Shown: piece by piece, positions 56,084-64,000 of the stretch
Position numbering within the stretch: the first letter of the stretch is position 1
Layout: each line of letters begins with the position of its first letter
Origin: Yuukianura sp. NJ FZ-2021
Lineage: Eukaryota
NCBI GenBank assembly: GCA_046563655.1
Contig: CM102285.1
Span: 15,004,001 to 15,068,000 of the forward strand
Length of the DNA: 64,000 bases
Direction: 5' to 3'
Notes under the pieces: generated by a model
Seen by the model: only the letters and a program-made list of their open reading frames with translations
What the model was told of the DNA's origin: nothing
Databases searched by the model: none
Translations under genes and position numbers: made by a program

Positions 56084-57839
56084 ATGACGCTGAGGTCCAC
56101 TTTCACCAAAACTTTCTCCGTCTGTTCCGAATTTTCAGGTAAATTTTTTTTGTCAAAATTTTGAAAACTTTTTTTTGGAAGATGTTTTCTTTGTTTTATT
56201 CTTTTTTGGTTAATTGATCTTGATTTGTTAAGTTACTCCCTCTGCGACTGCCAGGCTGAGTTCCGTCTCTCTCTAAAATCAACAAAAACTCATTGTATTT
56301 CTCCAGTCAAAAGGGGGGGGGGCTTCAATAGGGGGGAGGGGGTTCGATAAGGGGGGTGAGGAAAAGGGAGACTTCAATAGAAGGTGGGGGGGGGGTTGAA
56401 TGAAGGGGGGGGGGCTGGAGTGAAAGTCATTAGCCCTTGACTAAGAAGATTTGGATTGTGGAAGAAAGCGCTGGGCTGGAAGACACCGACAGCACAATCA
56501 GATTACATTCGGAGGATAATCTTCCAGCGCTGTGTGTTCTCCAGCACATTTCCAGCGCTAATTGGTTTACTTCCAGCTCAAAACCAATTCCAGCGTTAAG
56601 GAATTAAGGAGCTCCATGGTCGTCTTTGACCATGCACACTCCAACAGCCTCACTAACGGCTAAGACCAACCTTAACTAATCCGATTTACTACCTTCGACA
56701 CCACTAATTTTCCAGGGTTATGTCATAACATCATTACATTTTCAAAAACTTTGACCTCTGACCTCAACAAACCAAAATCTCCGTTTTGTACTCCCATTTT
56801 CAGTTTTTCAAAAAAATTTTTGCAAAATTGTTACCCTGGGTGACAGACGGAGGGCGAAGGTCAGCAACAATATTTTAAAAATTGCAAATTGCAAAACTGG
56901 AAATGGAAATGGCCAGCGAGCGTTGCAATTTTTTGAAACTGCTGTCCTTGGATCTTGATCGCTGCAATTTGGCGCTTCTAGAATTTTGAATTCCAGTGTT
57001 TTTGAAAGGTCAAAGGTCAATGGAGGCTCTTGGACGGGTTTGCGGAGAAGTGGTGACGAAGTGTCGAGACACCGTGAGTGCCGTGTCTTCTGCTACCAGA
57101 TTTCCTACATGGATTTTGATGGCCATTGGAGCATTTGTGGTCATTTTGGCCGTTTTGTTCGGAAATCGTCATTGTCCAGGCAACCTGGACAGAACTTGTC
57201 TTCCCGACGTAGCTCTGGAGTCACTAGGAGGAATGATCGTGTCTACTCGGAATGCCGAACCGGTCGAACCGAAGATTCGGACCACTTTTTTCGGAATTCC
57301 GATCCGAACTCATCAAGTACCGGCGCCCGAAACGATCATCCGGTACGGCGAACTCGTACCGGGAAACTGCTGGGGGTTCAAAGGGAGTCAGGGAGCGGTA
57401 ACCGTGCAATTGATTAAACCAACCAGAATCAGTGGATTTCACCTCGAGCACATTCCGGTCAACCTTGACCCTTACGGGGAACTCGGATCGGCGCCAAAAC
57501 AATTTCAAATTTGGGTAAATCTTCAATTATTTCAAAATTTCAAAATTTGAAAATCATTTCTGTTTTAAGGGAATTCGTGAATCCCGGTGTGGGAAAATCG
57601 GCGACCGACAATTACTTGGAAATTACACGTTCGTCCCGCGCTCAACTCCACTTCAATATTTTCCGGCCGAATTCGGTTGGGAGGAGCAATTCGGTCAAGT
57701 GGAACTTGAGGTGCTGAGTAACCATGGCGACAGTGTCACTTGTATCTACAGATTCCGTGTCCATGGCGACATTAAACAACTCCCGAGTGAAGACAATGAT
57801 GATGCTGTCAAGGTCACGCCGTTTGAATCTTGTCAATGA
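56084..57839 (+). CDS. Short SUN-domain membrane protein (~276 aa); first exon tentative, alternative ATG at 57020
   Basis: Exons 56084-56138, 57009-57514, 57570-57839 are in frame. TM segment WILMAIGAFVVILAVLF; SUN motifs DVALESLGG, FFGIPI, PGNCWGFKGSQG, LEHIP, SAPKQFQIWG, LEVLSNHG..TCIYRFRVHG. Confidence 0.85.
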
Positions 57840-58959
57840 CTTTTATGTACTACTTTCATCCAACTTTTCAAGTGTTTTTCAACAAAATATTTCCAAAAAA
57901 TAACAAAAATGGCAGTTTTTTTCATTTTTCGAAAGTAAAATTGAAAGGTGACAGTGACAAATTTTTTGGCGCCATTTTTTTATGGGTGTGGAAGCTCTTT
58001 GGTCCGCCGTTTAATTTCCGGTTTTTTGAAAACCCAATTTCAAAACATGTCATTTTAGGGAAATTGCAAAATTTTCTCCCAAAATAGCACACACACCTCT
58101 TTTCCCTCTTTTCATCGGTTATCATATCAGGAGTAATTTCGCAAAAGCCGCTCACTTTTCACTTACTTCCGTTGCTAAGCAACCTACTTTTTTTTAAGCC
58201 GAAAAAGTTTTGGTTTGAAATTTCCCGCTCTTCATCCTGCCTATTTGAAAGAAAACGACTAAAACCGAATCCGGGAGAATTAAATTTCAATCGCTTTTCA
58301 GAAAATTTTGAATTGTATAAGTGTAAGTCACGCCAAGAACTTTCACTTTAATTAAAACTTTAATTGAGTTAATTAAGTGCTCTTGATTACCTTTTCTCAA
58401 AAGTAATAACTCCACTTTCTCTTTGATATTGACGTGACCTTTGACCTTTTGACCCAAATTTCAAAAAAATTATGAAACATTGCCATATTTCGGAAGAAAT
58501 TAAGCCTATTTTTAGAATAGTCGGAAAGAGGAGAAAGTGCGGCGAAGTGAAAGTTAATTAAGAACCTATTGCCGCTTTACGTTAACTTTTAATAAGTTGA
58601 CTCTGCAAAGAGGGGGGGGGGCGGATGGGGGGGGAGGAGGGGTTCGAGATGAGGGGGGGGGGCTTTTCAGAATGAAAGCCTTCCAAGTGGTTTTCAATGT
58701 TTCGCCAGGAGGCGGGGTTTCTTTAGCTAGCTAAGCACCATGGTGGTTTGATTGAATTATGACAAAAGTTGTTTCCGCTTCTGGACAAAAGTTTTTGAAT
58801 GAAGCTGGAGAAAGTGAAGGTGTGAAAAAGTGTTCCGCAGGACTTTCACCAGCAAAAAAAAAGTTGAAAAATAAAACGACAAAAGTTGGCACCCTAATTT
58901 GAACACTTTCTTTCAATCTTCCAAAGATTAAGAAACTTTTTACAAAGTCAAATATCAGC

Positions 58960-61900
58960 TCACTCATTTTTCTTCGTTTTGACCTTTGACCTCGGAAAGT
59001 CAAAGGTCAAACAAAGTTCAAGGGCAAATGACTCTAGAGCGGTAAAACTGAATGAAGAATTTTGAAAATTTGTTAATTTTTTGTGAAAAATCCTGATTTA
59101 TCAATTTCTGTTGACAAATCTTAAAAATTTGGAAAAGTCAATTTTGAAAAAAAAATCTGTGTTTCTCTTACCCGCAGCAATCATTTTCCACTTGGCCTTG
59201 TTTTCCTGTAAGTGGTTGAGCCATGGACGTGTGTTTGCGCTGGTCTGGACATGCGCATGGTCCGTCTGGAGTGGAAACGAGGACGTCCGTCCACCGTCCG
59301 TCAGCATTTTGACTTCCGTCTTTCGTTCAGCAGTGCCAGCACTGGAACAGCCACTCACATGCGTGTCTGACTCTGCTCTGCGTCCATGTCTCAGTGGCTT
59401 GACCTTGTGAATTGGAGTCGTTTGACCTTTGAGGTTGGCCACGGTGACCTCTGAGTCCTCCCTGACCAAGTAGTCCATGAGTTCCCCCAGCACAGCCATA
59501 CTTGGTTCCACGATGTACTCGATGAAGCTGATCTGTGACTCTGGCACCAACACACTCGATCTGTCGCAGAGCGGACTAAAAGGGAGGCCGAGCTTCGCTT
59601 CCTCGTCACCTTGCAGAAAAAATTCATCCAGGATGTGATCCGCCAGCTTCTTGTGAATCCGCCATGGTTTCCCCGGGTGACTGATATCCGCACAGTGCAG
59701 AATCAGACACATAGCGGTCGTTGTCGTCTTCGGATTGGCTACAGCAGTTCTACGAAAAAAAGTAATTACAACCTTGAATTACTTGAATGAATTATAATTA
59801 CTTGAATTACTTAAAGCCAGTTACTTGAATTATTTGTGATTGCTTGAGTTAATTGTAATTAGTTGTAGCTACTTGAATTACTTAAACTACTTGTAATTAC
59901 CTGAATTACTTGAATTAATTGTAATTAACAGGGTAAGTACGTTTTGAATTATAGTTGGTAGAAAGTTGGTTACAGCAGTAGTACAAAGCAAGTAATCACA
60001 ACCTTGTATTACTTGAATTAGCTATAATTACTTGTAATTAGCAGAGTAATTCATTTCAGACTGACCTGCTCTCCTTTAGCATTGAGCGAACAGTTTTGAG
60101 TTGCGTAAAGTGACTGGACATGTCAGTGGACAGGACCATTTCAATTACTAAGTTACGAAACTCTCTGTAGTCGTCTGGCTTCAAGTGGCACAAGATGTTC
60201 TTCTCATCATCTTTCAGCAGTCTAGAGTTAAGAAAAATTCAAAATTTTCAAAATTCTAGTTTTGAAAAAAGTAGTTTTTGGAAGTTTTTGTTGGAAAACT
60301 TTGTATACAGAGGATCTGTAGGATCGATTGGTTCATTGATTATAGAAAAATCTTTGTTAAGAAAATGCCAGAAATAGGATTTCGACATTTTGAACATATT
60401 TTGGAAATGTCGAATAACAAAAACAACAGTTTTCTCCGGTCTAATTGCTTTTGTGATTTGGAAAATAACAATTTTGAACTTTCATTTTCCAGAATTTCAA
60501 AAGTTCGACTAACTTCTTGAATTTACTAATTAAAATGGGAGTAATTGTTAATTAGTGCCGCTGGCTTTCACTTCTAATTATTCCTTTCCGAGTCATTAAA
60601 AAATCAAAGTCATTTCAAAATTCGAAACCGAAGATCGTCAAAAAGAGAAAACTATTTTTGGAGAAAGTTTGATTTTGATGAAGTTTTTTTTCTTTTTGAA
60701 AATATAGACTTGATGGAAATGGACAGTTGCGTGTGACAAGTGGTGTCCAGCTGGAAGGAGTCCAGTTGTGTGACACAACTTGTGTCCAGCCCTGTCTCCA
60801 GCGATTCTTCCAGCCACTGCACACTTTCACTTTCCAGCTCCAGCGCTTCCAGCGAAATCGCTGGAAGTACGAATGTTCCTGGAACAGCGCTTTCCTGACA
60901 CAAATCCTCCTGGACACACTCGTACTCTCTTGTCCTCTAAATTACAAAAGCTCAGCTTTTCATGTCACTCATAAACAGTCACACGGATTGCTCTCAAAAC
61001 AGTCACAATCAAAACAACTTTCAAAAAATTTTCACAAAATTTCAAAAAAACGAAAACGAAAAACTACAACAAAGCAATTCAATTTGAAAATAAAAAGAAA
61101 AACAGAATCATAGTCAAAGTTTCAAATAAAAATGAAAACATTATTTCTTGAGTGAAGGAAAGAGTGTACGGTGAACTAGTGAAAAAGTCTCCTAAAAATT
61201 ATTTTAACAAAATGTTTTTTTTTGTGAGTGGCTTTGAACCAAACCTCAAATTTTTAAGAAAATCGACATTTTCGTTCCACTTTGAATCAGTTTTTGAACA
61301 TTTTTAGAAAAAGTGCTTGTTTTTTTGTGAAATGTTTAAAGATGAGAGTCCTTATTTGCGTATTGACTGACTACTGAGGACACTCTGTCAACAGCTGAGA
61401 ATTGAATATTCACGAAGTGCCTGGTAGTGGAAAGTGACAGTGAATAAGTGATAGCATCTCACTTCAACTTCAAAAAAAAAACACTGTACATCTACTACAA
61501 AACGATTTTCACTTTTTCACCAACTTTTTTTGAAAAAACTTTTTTTTTGAAAGTTTGAAATTGAAGGAGAGTGACTCACTTGAAGGCAGCACTGACATGA
61601 TGATTCTCGAGCACTGCTCTGTCGTTGTAGAGCAGAGCAAGGTCTGTGCCCACGTTGACATGGAAGTTATTGGTCCTACCCGTGTGTTCATAGTCGTGGA
61701 TTACAGCAGCAAACAACAGGGCAAAGATCTCCAAATCAGTCAAAACGTTCTGCAAAAACAGCAAAAAATTAAATTTGACTTTTTACTTCTTCCAACTTCT
61801 TAGGGCAAAGATTTCCAAATCAGTCACACAGCAAAAAATCTTAATTTGACTTTTGACTTTTTCCAATTTCCTAGGGCAAAGATCTCCAAATCAGTCAAAA

Positions 61901-63110
61901 CCTTCTGCAAAAACAGCAAAAAAAATATCATTTTGACCTTTCACTTTTCCAAATGCTTTGACCTTTGGAGAAAAATGAGGTCAAACTAATAGGAGTAAAC
62001 TCAGAAGAAACATGGTGAGCTTATGAGTGTTTTTATTAATAAAGACAGACTTCTTGTCTTTTCACTTTATTATGGATGTACAGCATGATCCAAAAGTAAG
62101 ATAGTTTTGTTTTGAAAGTATCATGGGGTAGTTTTGTGCTAAAAAGTGGAAACGTGTTGAAAGTCTTGTACTTTTGTGAAGTATGAGCAAATGATTGTAG
62201 TGGGATTTACGACTTTCTCTTGAACTACAGAAACTGCTTGACTTTCACCCTCAACCGCAAAATCCAATAAAAATCAACAGCATTTGGCACAAGCAGAGAA
62301 AGCATCTGCTTCCTCCGCCAATAAAAATTTCTACTTCCTTTCAAAACCAAAAATTTGAAATTGACTTTTCAAAATTTCGAAATTTATAAACACAACGAAC
62401 GGTTTTTCAATTTTGAGAAAAAAAAACTTCCGGAAAAGCAAGACGCGTTTTAAAAAATTTACTTGAGCCACACCGAGGAAACTTTTATTAAAAAAATAAG
62501 TTTTCTGATGAAGATTTTTGGTTTCTTTTTCAGTGGCGTTGCTTTTGACAATAATTTCATGCAAATTTTTTTAGTTTCTTCTAAAAATTCATTAAAATTG
62601 TGCAGTGACTTTGGAAATGTGAAAGGTCAAAGGTCACCCGGATGACCTTTTGGCGGGAAAATTGAAAAGAGACTAAGAATTGATGTGCTTTTGAGATTGG
62701 AGTAACGATAGGACACGAGTAATGGCCGTGCCATTAGGTTGTTGAATGACTACGACTTTTTGTTATCTTCTCAAAAAGTGAAAGTGAAAGTGGCGGAAGT
62801 GAAATTCCAAAGTGCGGTGAAATTTAAAAAATGAAAGTTTTTTTGAACTTACGACGACGCCAGAAGATCCGATGAAGAAGTGGAGACTCTGCGTGACGTC
62901 TGCTGCATGAATGTCATTGTGATATGGATTCTTTTTAAACGTGTAACCAAACTCTACTGCTGAAATAAAATTGTCCAATTTGGCCAAATTGATTTTGAAC
63001 TTTTGGAGAATTCCGTATCGGCTAAATAAGTCTTTCACGACGTACTTGAGACTGTGACTATTCGACTTTTCATGCAGTTTGAAAATATCAAAGTGCCAGT
63101 TGCTGATTTC
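58960..63110 (-). CDS. PDE1: Class I cyclic nucleotide phosphodiesterase, PDE1-like catalytic domain; 5' exons and last exon unresolved
   Basis: Exons 63110-62853, 61749-61580, 60221-60066, 59749-59172. NPYHNDIHAADV, IHDYEHTGRTNNFH, LYNDRAVLENHH, VLSTDMSSHF, HCADISHP, EFFLQGD..LGLPFSPLCDR, SQISFI. The stop at 58960 assumes an acceptor near 59034 and is tentative. Confidence 0.85.
59760..60052. repeat. Low-complexity short tandem repeat filling a PDE1 intron
   Basis: Many copies of aattacttg / ttgaatt / gtaatt. Confidence 0.8.
60739..60920. mobile_element. Inverted-repeat element with ccagc/gctgg subrepeats; related sequence at ~56460-56600
   Basis: Ends agtggtgtccag and ctggacacact. Recurrent ttccagcgct motifs also occur at 56467-56596. 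Confidence 0.45.
61718..61950 (-). repeat. Tandem triplication of a PDE1 splice acceptor and exon start
   Basis: agggcaaagat(c/t)tccaaatcagtca...cagcaaaaaa...tttgac...ttccaa occurs three times (61718, 61802, 61873). The first copy is the real exon start. Confidence 0.9.
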
Positions 63111-64000
63111 CTGTTAAAAACAAACAAAACTTTTAACTTTCTCCAAAAAAAAAGTTTTTTGAAACTTTCTTTTTGAAATTTGAATATTCAAGGAACATGA
63201 AACGTGCTTGTCTGTCATTGTTTCAACTTTGTGCTTCTTTGAACATCCGATTTTCATCTGAGCATGACACGGTCCCATTATTTTTCAATTTGACTTTCAC
63301 TTTTTACAAAAAAATATAAAAATAAAAGTTGTGTTCGCTTCCTTGCGCTTCCGAAGCGGAAAAGTACTTAAGAAGGAAATTACTTTCTTTTTTCGGAAAA
63401 TCCTCTTCAAAATTTCACAATCTGATGGAAATTCAACTACTTTAAAAATAAAACTACTTTTTGAAATTCAACTCACAATTTTGAGAAAAGCGTCTTAAAA
63501 TCCCTCCATTGAGGTTAAATGTGCATAAAATAAATTTTGGGGAGAAAAGAAGCGGTTGGATTTGATTGTCTTCTTGAGCTCCCGCCTAATTTTTTTTCTT
63601 TGAGTTTTGTGCTTTCTCTTTTTTGGTTTTTGAAGTGATTCCAAAAACATTTGGACTCTCTGAGAGTACTTTTTTGGACGTTTGTAGGATTTTGAAGATG
63701 AAAATTTAAAGAAAAACATGAGGATTCCTGAGATGACGGCAGAAGAGCCCTTGACAGTCAAAAGCACAAAAGCAAAATTCCTTCCGCCAAATGAAAAACA
63801 AATTCTTCTGGACGAAGACTCAAAAGAACACTTTCTCCAAACGAATTTTTTCATTCGAAATTTCAATTTCACGTTTTTCCTTTTCGAGAAACACGTTTCG
63901 AGTTTTTTGGTAGGCTGACAAAAAAATCTAATCTTACTAAAGTGAAAGTCCAAGTAAATCGAAATTAGACAAGTTTTTGATAATTTTGTTGTACTTCCCC

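Noticed and set aside
63718..63918. Plus-strand 66-aa ORF antisense to PDE1
   Set aside because: No recognisable motif or clear splice partner, and the C-terminal half is low-complexity. It cannot be supported without expression data.

Overview
Gene-dense, AT-rich eukaryotic nuclear DNA with mostly short (about 55-100 nt) spliceosomal introns. An R&R-type cuticle protein points to an arthropod. I modelled 15 protein-coding genes by hand, all but UBE2G2 with introns in the CDS. In order: CAD (5' part, -), NRBP/Madm pseudokinase (+), Q/P-rich cuticle protein (-), BTBD3/6 (-), reticulocalbin-2-like (+), SART3/Prp24 (-), U1-70K (+), a 225-aa gene I cannot assign (+), catalase (-), IFT88 (-), UBE2G2 (+), NAA40 (-, missed by the ORF track), SPCA Ca/Mn-ATPase (+), CLPTM1L (+), a short SUN-domain gene (+), plus the catalytic exons of a 16th, a PDE1 (-). 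Repeats include a DINE-1/HINE-like element in catalase intron 1, several MITE-like inverted-repeat elements, tRNA-derived remnants and minisatellites. The most notable region is a head-to-head splicing-factor pair: SART3 apparently lacks both RRMs but keeps its HAT repeats and LSm motif, and U1-70K carries a stop-containing cryptic exon followed by about 13 donor-like motifs in its one long intron. Also notable are the unassigned gene bracketed by ~100-bp direct repeats, a SUN protein with almost no coiled coil, three GC-AG introns, a triplicated splice acceptor in PDE1, an oriented GGCGGGAA promoter motif and 11 perfect DR1 motifs. All family assignments come from recalled motifs; no database searches were run.
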